From assembly GCA_964551015.1 (NCBI GenBank), contig CAZKBP010000003.1, forward strand, positions 21,327 through 85,326: a stretch of DNA of 64,000 bases, given 5' to 3'. The translations under genes were made by a program, and so were the position numbers. The notes under the pieces are model-generated. The model was not told where the DNA came from. It saw only the letters and a list, made by a program, of their open reading frames with translations, and did no database searches. Within the stretch, counting starts at the first letter, position 1; the number at the start of each line of letters is the position of its first letter. Positions 37,426 through 47,468 of this stretch are shown one piece after another. This DNA comes from an uncultured Cytophagaceae bacterium (lineage in GTDB: Bacteria; Bacteroidota; Bacteroidia; Cytophagales; Microscillaceae).

Positions 37426-38844
37426 TTAGGCAGAAAGGTCAGAATCAATATGAGGATGCCCGTTCATCTTTTTCCCGAGCGAATCAATGACTTCCTGTTT
37501 TTCTTTCAACTGTTGTTTGAGGGCTTTAATCTGTTCGTAGGCTTTATCCTGAATACTCTTGATCCGATCTTTCATCAGCGTGTGATTTTGCTCAATAACC
37601 CGCTGTTGCTCGAAGAGCTTAATTTCCTGTTCTTTTTCTAGGGTAATATCGTAAGCAATTTTGAGAACTTTCACGATTTTGTTTTCTTGGTTGCGTACGG
37701 GGTAATAAGCGCCTCTGATCCAACGCACAAAGCCATTCTTGGCGATACGACGAAACTCACCCGTGAAGCTTTGTCCCTGTCTAAGCTTCTCCCAAAATTC
37801 TTGATACTCAGCGGAATCCCTTTCTTCTTGCAGGACTAGCATCTGGTGTTTTTGCCCAATGATTTCATCCTTGTCATAACCCAAGAACTGCTGAAATTTT
37901 TGGTTTACTTTATAAATTTCGCCTTCTGCCGTAAACTCAGCCGCCAGCATAGAGCTATCAATAGCCGAAAAAGTGTATTCAAGCTCTCGGTTGACACGCC
38001 GCATCTCTTCTTGGGTGGTTTGGAGTTCTTCCATGTTCTGGCGCAATTCTTCTTCCTGCGCGCGCAGGGCGTCGGTTTGTTCTCGGGTGGCCTCGAGCAG
38101 GTATCGGGTTCTTTCGCTAATTTTTGCTGATAAAATGGTGGATGCAATATTTTCGCCTACTTTCTCCACGAATTCCTGTTGGTAAGGCAAAATATCTCGA
38201 AAAGAAGCAATCTCTACGATTCCATACACATCTTCATTCGTAACCAGAGGAGCAATGAGCATCGTGCGAGGGGGGGCATCTCCCAAACCAGAGGTGATGT
38301 TGATGTAATCCAAGGGAATGTCGGTCATGTAGATACTCTGCCTCTCGAGAAACGCTTGACCGATCAAGCCCTCGGCATAATCCTCACGCACACGAACTTT
38401 TTTCTTCAAATACTTTTGCCGATCATAGGCATAGCAAGCGATCATTTCCAGAAAAATATCCTCTTCATTTTCTTCATTGAGAATGAACAAACCTCCTTGA
38501 TTAGCACCCAAGTATTTGATTAGGTGAGACAGGGCTGCATTTCCCAGAGTTCGGATATCTTCGTAATCGTCTCTGAGTAAATCAGAAAATTTAGCTAAGC
38601 CTTCGGTCACCCAATTTCTTTGTTTTTCTTGTTCGGCCAGCCGAATCAATTCGGTTTGCATATCTATGAGATTGCTAGCTAAGCTCTCGGGAGGAGGCTT
38701 TGCTCCCTGAAATTGAGCTTCCAAACTATCTTGGCGCAATGCTTTCACGAATTGATTGGCCTCCTCGATTTCATTTTGAAGGGACGCTAATTCGTCTTTT
38801 AGTTTCTTATGTTCTTGGGTTTGAATCAGCTTGTATGGGAACAT
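37426..38844 (-). CDS. GAF + PAS domain cytoplasmic signalling protein with coiled coils and no recognisable output domain
   Basis: N-terminal coiled coil, a GAF-like segment (GGLFILNEENEEDIFLEMIACYAYD...IAPLVTNEDVYGIVEIASF), a PAS-like segment (FTAEGEIYKVNQKFQQFLGYDKDEIIGQKHQMLV...FRRIAKNGFVRWI) and a C-terminal coiled coil. Confidence 0.65.
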   Translation of the reverse strand: MFPYKLIQTQEHKKLKDELASLQNEIEEANQFVKALRQDSLEAQFQGAKPPPESLASNLIDMQTELIRLAEQEKQRNWVTEGLAKFSDLLRDDYEDIRTLGNAALSHLIKYLGANQGGLFILNEENEEDIFLEMIACYAYDRQKYLKKKVRVREDYAEGLIGQAFLERQSIYMTDIPLDYINITSGLGDAPPRTMLIAPLVTNEDVYGIVEIASFRDILPYQQEFVEKVGENIASTILSAKISERTRYLLEATREQTDALRAQEEELRQNMEELQTTQEEMRRVNRELEYTFSAIDSSMLAAEFTAEGEIYKVNQKFQQFLGYDKDEIIGQKHQMLVLQEERDSAEYQEFWEKLRQGQSFTGEFRRIAKNGFVRWIRGAYYPVRNQENKIVKVLKIAYDITLEKEQEIKLFEQQRVIEQNHTLMKDRIKSIQDKAYEQIKALKQQLKEKQEVIDSLGKKMNGHPHIDSDLSA

Positions 38845-39175
38845 ATGAAATTCATTTAATGATTTTTATAGAAATAGCATAGAAGAATGTGCGCACTAAA
38901 AATAAAACTTTCTAAGTAGATCACAAAATAGATGCTACATTTGTCGATTTTTTGATACGACTGATCTAAGCAGGATGTTCTTTAACCGATACAGATAACT
39001 TGGTCGTGTAACTTTTTGAGAAGTTTTGCAGAAAATAGCACACAAGTTTAAAACTTATCCGCCTAGAACAAGGACAGACTATTTGATCTATGGCTAGATT
39101 GAAGGAAACTCTTTATCTTTGCTTATCTTTGAAGGAAGTTTTTATAATGTCAAATTTCAAGTCAACTTCATTTTC

Positions 39176-42100
39176 ATGATGGGCGTTGCTCGTTTAAAGG
39201 ATTTCATCAATAGATTCAGAGCAATAATTATGATATTTTTCCTGCTCCTCCTTTCTTTCTTTCTCCTGACCAACCCGCTTCCTGCACAAAAAGACCTGAG
39301 ATATTTAAACCCACAGAAGAAACTTACACAATATATCCTCGAGCACTGGACTACGGAGCAAGGACTACCCTCTAACAACGTACGTCGGCTACTCCAGAGT
39401 AAGGATGGATTCCTTTGGATGAGTAGCTTTGATGGACTCACGAGCTTCGATGGAATCCGCTTCATTACTTACAACAAGAGTAAAGTTGAAGGATTTAACC
39501 GAAATACAGTTTACGCACTAACTGAAACCCAAGACAGTACGCTTTGGATTGGCACGGAAGGCAGCGGCTTGTTTACTTACAAAAATGGTCGCTTTCGTAA
39601 AGTCGGTCTGGAAGATTTTTTGTTTACCAGCCTGTATGCTGATTCACAAGATCGTATCTGGCTAAGTGGGCGTAATCAAGGTCTGAGAATCTACAATCCG
39701 CGCAATGGTATCCTTGAGTCGGTAGATCACGCGCCCTTGCAAGAAGTATCCATTTATTCCATTCGCCAAGATCAGGATCAAGCCTTCTGGTTTGCGACAG
39801 ATGGTAAAGGTTTGACCAAGCTCAGAGATCAAGATTTTCAGACTTATACCACCGCACAGGGCTTGCCCAGCGACCACGTTCTGGAAGTTTTTTTTGATAG
39901 TCAACAACAAATTTGGGTCGGAACCACCAGAGGACTGGCTCGATGGAGTCAAGATCGTTTTGAGGTGATCCCAGAGCTAGAAGGACTGATTATCTATGAG
40001 TTGGTAGAAGATGCCTCAGGCAGCCTTTGGATCGCTACATCCTCTGGCTTGTACCGAAAAAATGCACTGACTGGCCAATACGAGGCTTTCCCAAAAAGTG
40101 AGCGATTTCCCGTTACCAATGTGTTAGATTTACTCCTAGATCGTGAAGGCAGCCTCTGGATCGCTACTTATCGGAATGGACTGTTTCGCCTCAAAGATGG
40201 GAAATTTACCAACTACACGCATCAAGATGGGCTGGCTACTGCCTCGGTAGGCTCAGTTTGCGAGTTGAAATCAGGTAAATTTTTGCTGGGAATGAACAAT
40301 GGGATAGTCAACCAGATAGATGGTTACGAGGTTTCGGTTTTTCCAGTGAAAACGCCTTTACCCAAAGTAAGAATTTTTCATATCGATCAAGATTCCACGG
40401 GAAATATTTGGCTAAGTACCTTCGCGGGTTTACTCAAAATTACCCCTCAGGGTCAAGAAATTCTTTATAATCGAGCAAAAGGGTTATCAGATAATACCGT
40501 ACGAGTTACCTGCATCGACAAGGAAGGAAATCTTTGGGCAGGCACCCGGCGGGGCGGAGTTGTAAAGATGACCATTCAGGGCGAAATCCTCAAAATCTAC
40601 GACCTCAATCAAGGCCTGAGTTCCAACTTTATTATGTCCTTAGAAGAAGACCCTCGTGGCAATATCATCGTCGGTACGAACGATGGAGGGATTAATATCA
40701 TCGACCCCGAGGGTAAAATTATCAGCTATGGTGCCCAGCATGGACTGGTCAGTGATTTGATATTCAGTACCTATACGGATAGCGAGGGGGTCATCTGGAG
40801 TGTCAGCAATGGGGGAATTAGTCGCTGGAAGGATGGCAAATTCGTCAGCTATACCTCTCAGGACGGACTACTCAATGATAGCCCTTTTGATTTTGTTGAA
40901 GACAACCAAGGACAGGTATGGCTTCCTAATAGCCGGGGTATTATCAAAGTCAGTAAGCAAGAACTCAATGACTATGCCGAGGGAAAAATCAAAAACATCA
41001 ACTGGATTTTTTACGACCGCCACGATGGGATGAAAAATGAAGATTGCACGGGTGCTGCCCATGCGCTCAAAAGCACCCAAGGCAATATCTGGATTCCTAC
41101 CAACGGAGGGGTCGTGGTGGTAGATCCTGACAACATCCCACGTAATCATCTCAAGCCCCATGTTCAGATCAATAGCTTACTGACAGACAATCGTTCTATC
41201 GATTTGCATCAACCCATTCGGATTGAGCCTGGCAACCATCGGATGGTTTTTGATTACAGTGCCCTCAGTTTGCTGGCCTCGGCCAAGGTCAAATTTAAGT
41301 ACAAGTTAGAAAATTTTGACAAAGACTGGATTGATGCTGGCTCCGAAAGACAGGCTATTTACACCAATCTGCCCCCTGGTCGGTACACCTTCCGCGTGAT
41401 TGCCTCTAACAACGATGGAGTTTGGAATAATAAAGGGGCTAGTCTTTCTCTTCGGCAAATGCCTTATTTTTATCAGACTTTCTGGTTCTATGGCTTGGTC
41501 GTACTTCTTGCTATTTTGCTCATCGCGGGGATATTCCGTTGGCGAATCTATAGTATCCAACAGAGAAGAAGAGAACTCGAGCGGCTAGTCCAACTAAAAA
41601 CCCAAGAAATTTTAGCACAAAATCAAAAACTTGCCCAGCAAAAAGATGAAATTACCCACCAGAAACAACTCGTAGAAAAACGCAACCAAAATATTACCCA
41701 CAGTATCAACTACGCCAAACGTATCCAAAATGCCATCTTGCCTCCTCTGGCGGAGATACAAAGCTTTCTGCCAGACTCTTTCGTGATTTTTGAACCTCGA
41801 GATATTGTGAGCGGGGATTTTTATTGGTTCAAGTCTTTGAATGGTCAGGTGGCAGAGAAGCCTGCATCCACCCCGCTTCAAATTGCTGCCCCCTCGGAGC
41901 GAATGGCCATCGCTGCCATGGATTGCACGGGGCACGGTGTGCCTGGTGCCTTTATGTCCATGATTGGCAATGATCTTTTGAACGAAATTGTCAGTATCAA
42001 GAAAATCACCTCGCCCGATGCCATTCTCCGAGAATTGCATAAATCGATCAAGCGCACGCTCAAACAGCGGGACAACTCCAACAAAGACGGCATGGAAATC

Positions 42101-42499
42101 GGCCTCTGTCTGATTGATCCTGAGCAAAATATTTTAGAATTCGCTGGTGCCAAAACGCCCCTCTACTGTATTCAAGAGGGAGAATTGAGCGTATTCAAAG
42201 GAGACAAAATGCCCATTGGTGGCTATTATCAGCAATTGGAAGCCGATCGTGTATATGACAAATACGTGATTCCTCTCAAGAAGCCCTCTTATTTTTATAT
42301 GTTTTCAGATGGCTATCAAGATCAGTTTGGAGAAAAGAGCCGTAAAAAATTTGGCCGTTCCCGCATTCGCGACCTCCTTCTCGAGATTTACCAAAAACCC
42401 TTTGAGGAGCAGAAACGGATGCTCTGTCGCACCCTCTCGGAATGGCAAGGCAACGAAGATCGTATTGATGATGTACTCGTGGTTGGCTTTAAAATTTAG
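39176..42499 (+). CDS. Membrane sensor phosphatase: periplasmic two-component-regulator beta-propeller + Y_Y_Y domain, TM, coiled coil, C-terminal PP2C/SpoIIE-type Ser/Thr phosphatase
   Basis: Repeated propeller blades (LWIGTEGSGL, LWIATSSGLYR, LWIATYRNGLFR, ...). Y_Y_Y pattern (FKYKLENFDKDWIDAGSERQAIYTNLPPGRYTFRV). A TM helix, then SpoIIE/PP2C motifs (VSGDFYWF, AAMDCTGHGVPGAFMS, DGYQDQFG). ATG at 39176 or 39230 rather than the track's TTG at 39119. Confidence 0.75.
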   Translation: MMGVARLKDFINRFRAIIMIFFLLLLSFFLLTNPLPAQKDLRYLNPQKKLTQYILEHWTTEQGLPSNNVRRLLQSKDGFLWMSSFDGLTSFDGIRFITYNKSKVEGFNRNTVYALTETQDSTLWIGTEGSGLFTYKNGRFRKVGLEDFLFTSLYADSQDRIWLSGRNQGLRIYNPRNGILESVDHAPLQEVSIYSIRQDQDQAFWFATDGKGLTKLRDQDFQTYTTAQGLPSDHVLEVFFDSQQQIWVGTTRGLARWSQDRFEVIPELEGLIIYELVEDASGSLWIATSSGLYRKNALTGQYEAFPKSERFPVTNVLDLLLDREGSLWIATYRNGLFRLKDGKFTNYTHQDGLATASVGSVCELKSGKFLLGMNNGIVNQIDGYEVSVFPVKTPLPKVRIFHIDQDSTGNIWLSTFAGLLKITPQGQEILYNRAKGLSDNTVRVTCIDKEGNLWAGTRRGGVVKMTIQGEILKIYDLNQGLSSNFIMSLEEDPRGNIIVGTNDGGINIIDPEGKIISYGAQHGLVSDLIFSTYTDSEGVIWSVSNGGISRWKDGKFVSYTSQDGLLNDSPFDFVEDNQGQVWLPNSRGIIKVSKQELNDYAEGKIKNINWIFYDRHDGMKNEDCTGAAHALKSTQGNIWIPTNGGVVVVDPDNIPRNHLKPHVQINSLLTDNRSIDLHQPIRIEPGNHRMVFDYSALSLLASAKVKFKYKLENFDKDWIDAGSERQAIYTNLPPGRYTFRVIASNNDGVWNNKGASLSLRQMPYFYQTFWFYGLVVLLAILLIAGIFRWRIYSIQQRRRELERLVQLKTQEILAQNQKLAQQKDEITHQKQLVEKRNQNITHSINYAKRIQNAILPPLAEIQSFLPDSFVIFEPRDIVSGDFYWFKSLNGQVAEKPASTPLQIAAPSERMAIAAMDCTGHGVPGAFMSMIGNDLLNEIVSIKKITSPDAILRELHKSIKRTLKQRDNSNKDGMEIGLCLIDPEQNILEFAGAKTPLYCIQEGELSVFKGDKMPIGGYYQQLEADRVYDKYVIPLKKPSYFYMFSDGYQDQFGEKSRKKFGRSRIRDLLLEIYQKPFEEQKRMLCRTLSEWQGNEDRIDDVLVVGFKI

Positions 42500-42535
42500 T
42501 ACAAGCAACTCACACATTTTACTAAAATATCTCGC

Positions 42536-42898
42536 GTGAATACCGCCATTGAAAATTATTTAGCAGATCAGCTGCCTGAGCATCAGGAGATTTTATATTT
42601 GCTCAGAAGCTTTGTCCTAGAGGCAGCTCCCGGAGTGGTAGAAGAATACAAATGGAAAACTCCCTTTTACAGTTATCAAGGTTTACTTTGTTACCTCAAT
42701 GTAGATCGCAAACGAAAGCAAGTATATCTAGGCTTTTATCGGGGCGCAGAATTAAGCAATCAACAGAGACTTTTGGAGGGAGAAGGTAAATTGGTACGCC
42801 TCATTTATTTTAGCAAACCCGAAGATACGCAAAGAGAAGCTGTGCGAGAGATACTGCTGGAAGCGATGTGGCTGAATGAGCAAAAGCGAGAAAAATGA
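42536..42898 (+). CDS. DUF1801 (YdhG-like) domain protein
   Basis: Pattern IENYLA...HQEILYLLRSFVLEAAPGVVEEYKWKTPFYSYQG fits DUF1801. GTG start. Confidence 0.45.
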   Translation: MNTAIENYLADQLPEHQEILYLLRSFVLEAAPGVVEEYKWKTPFYSYQGLLCYLNVDRKRKQVYLGFYRGAELSNQQRLLEGEGKLVRLIYFSKPEDTQREAVREILLEAMWLNEQKREK

Positions 42899-42986
42899 AA
42901 GTGGAAAAATGTGTAAATGATCCATTGGCAATCTTTCCACCTCCTAATCCGTTAAAAAAAAGCGAACATTCTACACAAACACCAAA

Positions 42987-45155
42987 ATGAATCTTAATCT
43001 TATGAAATTTTATCGCTATGCAGCTTTATGCGTGTGTTTTTGGGGAATAAGTTGCTTGGGGCAAACACAGGCCCAAGAAGTACCCGATGAAATTGAACTG
43101 GCAGGCATTCGCCTACAACTAGACCGCAGAGCCAAGCGTGATGTCCAAAATCGCGTGAATTTACTCTTGGAAGACCAAACTGCTTTTCAGAAAAAGGTAG
43201 CCACCGCCGATTTATTTATGCCACTCATCGAGGATATTCTGGAAAAAGCAAAGCTCCCAGAAAATTTCAAATACTTATCTCTTATCGATAATACCGCTCC
43301 CGATAGCCTGATCTTTTGGCAGATGGCCTCCAATTTTGCCAGCGAACTAGGACTGGAAATCAACACCCAAGTAGACGAAAGACAAAACATCATCGCCGCA
43401 ACTCAGGCCATTGCTCATTATCTTCACGATAATCAAGAGCAGCTACACAACTGGATGCTTACGCTCTTATCCTATCACTTGCATACCGACGGCGTGAAAG
43501 ATTACCTCGATAAAAACTTCCCCGGAATGGACTTGGAAGAAGTGGCCTCGCGCAAAACTTTTGAAGTGAAAGCCGAGTCTCATCCCGATTTACTAAATTT
43601 TCTGGCCTTAGAAGTGGCCTTTCGCCCTGCTTTGGCACACGATCTTCGCCCCGAACTAGAGTTGATAAGCTACCAAGAGGCAGGAGGGAAGAGTCTGGCC
43701 GAGGTAGCTCAGGATTTTGCCTTACCACTTTCTAGGATAAAAAACTTCAATACTTGGCTCAAAGTGCCACGCGTGCCCGAAAACAAACCTTACCACTTGA
43801 TTATCCCGATGCCTGCCGCTTCGCCGAGTACCGATGTCAAAGTTTATACGACACCCAACGGAGAACTCCGCTACCAGACTCCTGAAATGACTTTGATGCA
43901 CGTGGTAGAACGAGGCGAAACCCTCTATGCGATTGCCCGACAATACCAAATAGCATTAGATGACTTATTGGCCTGGAACAAATTAAGTCGGAGTTCTGTG
44001 CTCTCTATTGGCCAGAAGCTGATAATCATCAGTGCAGAAGGCGCACCTGAACCTTCCGAAAATACGCAACAAGAAACGATTCTACACACCGTAAAAAGAG
44101 GCGAAACCCTTTACCGAATCTCCCGTGACTACGAGGTGAGTATCGCTGAGCTAAGAGCTTGGAACAATCTATTCACAGATAAATTGATGGTAGGGCAAAA
44201 GCTGAAAATCAACCAACAAAAACAAGACGAAAACACGCCACCACCACCTCCGCCTGTGAAGGGCAATACTGAAAAACCCACTCCTGAGCCTCAACCCAAA
44301 GAAAATCCAACTGGCTCTTCGGGAAGCGGTAACGGAACCGCACCAGAAAACCCCGAGCCTACTCCACCTCGCACCGGGCCGAGGGTTTTACTCCCCAAAA
44401 AAGTCCCTAATCGTCTGCAAGTAGCGGGGATGCAAGTCGTCATTACTCCCGCTGGGCAAAAACTTATTCAAAAAGATGTAGACTTATTGATCAAAAGTGC
44501 TAAGTATTTTTTCCAGAAACTGGAGCGCGTGGACATATACCTCCCCTTGGTAGAACAAGAATTACAGGAGGCAGGCATCCCCGAAGATTTTAAATATCTA
44601 CCCATCCAAGAGAGTGCCCTCATCGCCAATGCCATCTCGCGCTCCAATGCGGTGGGCTATTGGCAATTCAAAGCCGCCTCCGCGCAGGAAGTCGGTCTGC
44701 AAATTAATTATCACGTGGATGAACGGATGAACATCGTGGCTTCTACGCAAGGTGCCAGTAAATATCTTAAGAGAAACAATTTATATTATCAAAATTGGCT
44801 CATCACTTTACTTTCTTATAATATGGGTTTTACCGGAGCCAAAAACTATGTGGACTATCATTATCCTCATCAAGATTTAAGAGGACAAAACGAACTGCGT
44901 GTAGATGAAAAAACACATTGGTATATCCGTAAATTTATCGCCCATAAAATTGTCTTCGAGAGTGAAATAGGAAAAGAATTGCTCCGTAAAAAACTCAGTG
45001 CTTATACCGAAGGTAATCAGAAAACATTGGGGCAAATCGCTCAGGAAACGGGTTGTTCAGAAAAAGAAATCAAACCCTACAACCTCTGGCTCAAGCGCAG
45101 CAAAGTACCAAGTGACAAAACCTACGCCGTCATTGTACCCTTGGACAATTTGTAA
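42987..45155 (+). CDS. MltD-like membrane-bound lytic murein transglycosylase with two SLT catalytic domains and two LysM domains
   Basis: Signal peptide. Two SLT-like segments (ENFKYLSLIDNTAPDSLIFWQMASNFASELGL and EDFKYLPIQESALIANAISRSNAVGYWQFKAASAQEVGL). Two LysM motifs (HVVERGETLYAIARQYQIALDDLLAWN and HTVKRGETLYRISRDYEVSIAELRAWN). Pro-rich linker. Confidence 0.8.
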   Translation: MNLNLMKFYRYAALCVCFWGISCLGQTQAQEVPDEIELAGIRLQLDRRAKRDVQNRVNLLLEDQTAFQKKVATADLFMPLIEDILEKAKLPENFKYLSLIDNTAPDSLIFWQMASNFASELGLEINTQVDERQNIIAATQAIAHYLHDNQEQLHNWMLTLLSYHLHTDGVKDYLDKNFPGMDLEEVASRKTFEVKAESHPDLLNFLALEVAFRPALAHDLRPELELISYQEAGGKSLAEVAQDFALPLSRIKNFNTWLKVPRVPENKPYHLIIPMPAASPSTDVKVYTTPNGELRYQTPEMTLMHVVERGETLYAIARQYQIALDDLLAWNKLSRSSVLSIGQKLIIISAEGAPEPSENTQQETILHTVKRGETLYRISRDYEVSIAELRAWNNLFTDKLMVGQKLKINQQKQDENTPPPPPPVKGNTEKPTPEPQPKENPTGSSGSGNGTAPENPEPTPPRTGPRVLLPKKVPNRLQVAGMQVVITPAGQKLIQKDVDLLIKSAKYFFQKLERVDIYLPLVEQELQEAGIPEDFKYLPIQESALIANAISRSNAVGYWQFKAASAQEVGLQINYHVDERMNIVASTQGASKYLKRNNLYYQNWLITLLSYNMGFTGAKNYVDYHYPHQDLRGQNELRVDEKTHWYIRKFIAHKIVFESEIGKELLRKKLSAYTEGNQKTLGQIAQETGCSEKEIKPYNLWLKRSKVPSDKTYAVIVPLDNL

Positions 45156-45438
45156 AACTGCTTGAACTTTCTTCCTTTTCTGAGGTTTTCATAAAAGATA
45201 TACAAACCGAAGAGAATTCATGACACTTGTTCATACTATTGCCTAGGAATCTGTATCTTTGACCTAGATAGATCAATCCAAGTTTGATCTCGGATCAATT
45301 TGCCCTCTAATTATGTCATAATGGCATATATAAAGGATTGGCAAAAAAATTGAAAACAATAGTGTGTCATTATTCTAGTCTTTTTATTTCCAAGAATATT
45401 GAACCAAAAGATACTAAACTTGAAAAGACAAGTTAATC

Positions 45439-46095
45439 ATGAGTGAAGAAAAAGAAAACTTAAATAAAAATCAAGCAGAGCAAAACGCTGAGCAACCAGT
45501 AAACCAGCCAGAAACGGCCGACGTTGATAATGGACAAGAAAAACCATCAGACGAAACGACCAACGAGGAAGGGGAAAAGATAGAAGTTCAAACCGAAAGC
45601 CCAATCAGCGAAGTAGATCAGTTGAAGCAAGAAGTGGGTGAAGTCAAGGAAAAGTACGTGCGTCTATACGCCGAATTTGAGAACTTCCGAAGAAGAACCG
45701 CCAAGGAAAAAAACGATATCATCAAAAGTGCCAGCGAAGGCTTGATGCGTGATCTGCTGCCAGTGCTAGATGATTTTCAAAGAGCGCTCAAATCTATGAG
45801 TGATGCAGAGCAGTTGGAAGTGAATAGCAAAGACGATATGATCAAGGAGATCAAAGCCGTAGAAGAAGGACTGAAACTGGTTTTTAATAAATTATTCAAA
45901 GTGCTGGAACAAAAAGGCTTGAAACCTATGGAATCGTCCATCGGAAAACCTTTTGATTTAGAGCAACACGAGTCTATTACCCAAATTCCTGCACCTAGCG
46001 AGGATTTGAAAGGAAAAGTAGTAGACGAAATCGAAAAAGGATATTATCTACACGATAAAGTATTACGCTTTGCTAAAGTGGTCGTGGGAAGCTAA
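45439..46095 (+). CDS. grpE: Nucleotide exchange factor GrpE
   Basis: Acidic N-terminus, coiled coil, and the conserved C-terminal GrpE pattern (RLYAEFENFRRRTAKE...FDLEQHESI). Sits directly upstream of dnaJ. Confidence 0.9.
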   Translation: MSEEKENLNKNQAEQNAEQPVNQPETADVDNGQEKPSDETTNEEGEKIEVQTESPISEVDQLKQEVGEVKEKYVRLYAEFENFRRRTAKEKNDIIKSASEGLMRDLLPVLDDFQRALKSMSDAEQLEVNSKDDMIKEIKAVEEGLKLVFNKLFKVLEQKGLKPMESSIGKPFDLEQHESITQIPAPSEDLKGKVVDEIEKGYYLHDKVLRFAKVVVGS

Positions 46096-46115
46096 TTAAA
46101 TTTTTACGCTGAGTT

Positions 46116-47267
46116 ATGGCTAAAAGGGATTACTACGAAGTATTAGGGGTAGGAAGAAATGCCACCACCGACGAAATTAAAAAAGCCTACCGAAAGATGG
46201 CAATCAAGTTTCACCCAGACAAAAACCCTGGGGACGAAACCGCCGAAGAAAAATTTAAAGAAGCCGCCGAGGCTTATGATGTCTTAGGCAGTGCTGAAAA
46301 ACGGCAACGCTATGACCAATTTGGGCACGATGGCTTGAATGGCGGTGGCTTTAGCGGAGGTGGAATGTCTATGGATGATATTTTTTCTCAGTTCAGCGAC
46401 ATTTTTGGCGGAGGTAGCCCCTTTGAAAGCTTTTTTGGTGGAGGCGGAGGCCGTACCCAAGGAGGGCGCCGTGTAAGAAGAGGTTCTAATTTACGCATCA
46501 AGCTCAAACTGACCTTAGAGGAGATCGCCGAAGGAGTAGAGAAAAAAATTAAAGTAAAAAGACACGTTACCTGTGAAACCTGCGGAGGCAATGGAGCCAA
46601 GAATGGTTCTGCACTTCGTACCTGCCCAGGCTGTAATGGCTCTGGTCAAATCCGTAGAGTGATGAACACCATGCTAGGGCAAATGGTATCTAGTAGCACC
46701 TGCCCCACCTGTAACGGAGATGGCAAGATCATAGACGAACGTTGCGAAACTTGCAATGGAGAAGGGCGCCAGCTCAAAGAAGAAGTTTTCCCTGTCAAAA
46801 TACCAGCCGGAGTAAGTGAAGGCATGCAACTCTCTATGTCTGGCAAAGGAAATGTACCCCCTCGGGGTGGCGTAGCCGGAGATTTGCTCATTCTCATTGA
46901 AGAAATAGAACACGAAGAACTCAAACGCGATGGCAAAAATGTCATCTATGATCTGTATATCAACTTTGCCGATGCCGCCTTGGGTACAACCGTAGAAGTG
47001 CCTACCATTGCTGGAAAAGCCAAGATAAAAATTGATCCCGGTACACAAAGTGGCAAAATCCTTCGCCTCAAGGACAAAGGCATCCGCGATATCGAAGGCT
47101 ATGACAAAGGCGACCAACTGATTCACGTGAATGTCTGGACGCCCCAAAGCCTCTCCAAACAAGAAAAAGAAATATTAGAAAAATTCCGCGATTCCAAAAA
47201 CTTTGATCCCAAGCCCGGCAAGAAGGATAAAGGATTTTTTGAAAGAATGCGCGAATACTTTCAGTAA
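46116..47267 (+). CDS. dnaJ: Molecular chaperone DnaJ (type I Hsp40)
   Basis: J-domain with HPDKN, a Gly/Phe-rich region, and four CxxCxGxG zinc-finger repeats ([32 protein letters not shown]). Confidence 0.95.
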   Translation: MAKRDYYEVLGVGRNATTDEIKKAYRKMAIKFHPDKNPGDETAEEKFKEAAEAYDVLGSAEKRQRYDQFGHDGLNGGGFSGGGMSMDDIFSQFSDIFGGGSPFESFFGGGGGRTQGGRRVRRGSNLRIKLKLTLEEIAEGVEKKIKVKRHVTCETCGGNGAKNGSALRTCPGCNGSGQIRRVMNTMLGQMVSSSTCPTCNGDGKIIDERCETCNGEGRQLKEEVFPVKIPAGVSEGMQLSMSGKGNVPPRGGVAGDLLILIEEIEHEELKRDGKNVIYDLYINFADAALGTTVEVPTIAGKAKIKIDPGTQSGKILRLKDKGIRDIEGYDKGDQLIHVNVWTPQSLSKQEKEILEKFRDSKNFDPKPGKKDKGFFERMREYFQ

Positions 47268-47298
47268 AAGTAATACCGACCAATAGAATTGCTAAGAG

Positions 47299-47335
47299 GA
47301 GGATTGAGCCAAAGCGCAATCCTCTTTTTTATTTT
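47299..47335 (+). terminator. Rho-independent terminator after dnaJ
   Basis: GAGGATTG-agccaaagcg-CAATCCTC perfect 8-bp stem followed by TTTTTTATTTT. Confidence 0.65.
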
Positions 47336-47423
47336 CCTTATCTGAATGACCATGCCAGGCCAGAAGTGAAATGGATTTTTCTCAATTATTGGGGAATCGC
47401 CAAAAAAATTATAACCTTTGTGC

Positions 47424-47464
47424 TTAGGGTTTATGCTCCCTCACCAAATTTCTCCAAACCCTAA
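47424..47464 (+). promoter_or_regulatory. Stable stem-loop ending 5 nt before the pyrB start codon (candidate leader/attenuator-like structure)
   Basis: TTAGGGTTT (47424-47432) and AAACCCTAA (47456-47464) form a perfect 9-bp inverted repeat with a 23-nt loop. The ATG is at 47469. Confidence 0.35.
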
Positions 47465-47468
47465 ACAC

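Noticed and set aside
39119-39175. Track start codons that are TTG or GTG (39119, 2233, 20643, 22460, 23869, 30625, 37362, 47418, 63980).
   Set aside because: In each case an in-frame ATG lies a short distance downstream and precedes the first conserved or signal-peptide residues. I used the ATG coordinates. The true starts remain unverified without N-terminal data.
45156-45438. CIRCE/HrcA operator upstream of grpE.
   Set aside because: No sequence resembling TTAGCACTC-N9-GAGTGCTAA is present. I report only a short unrelated inverted repeat.
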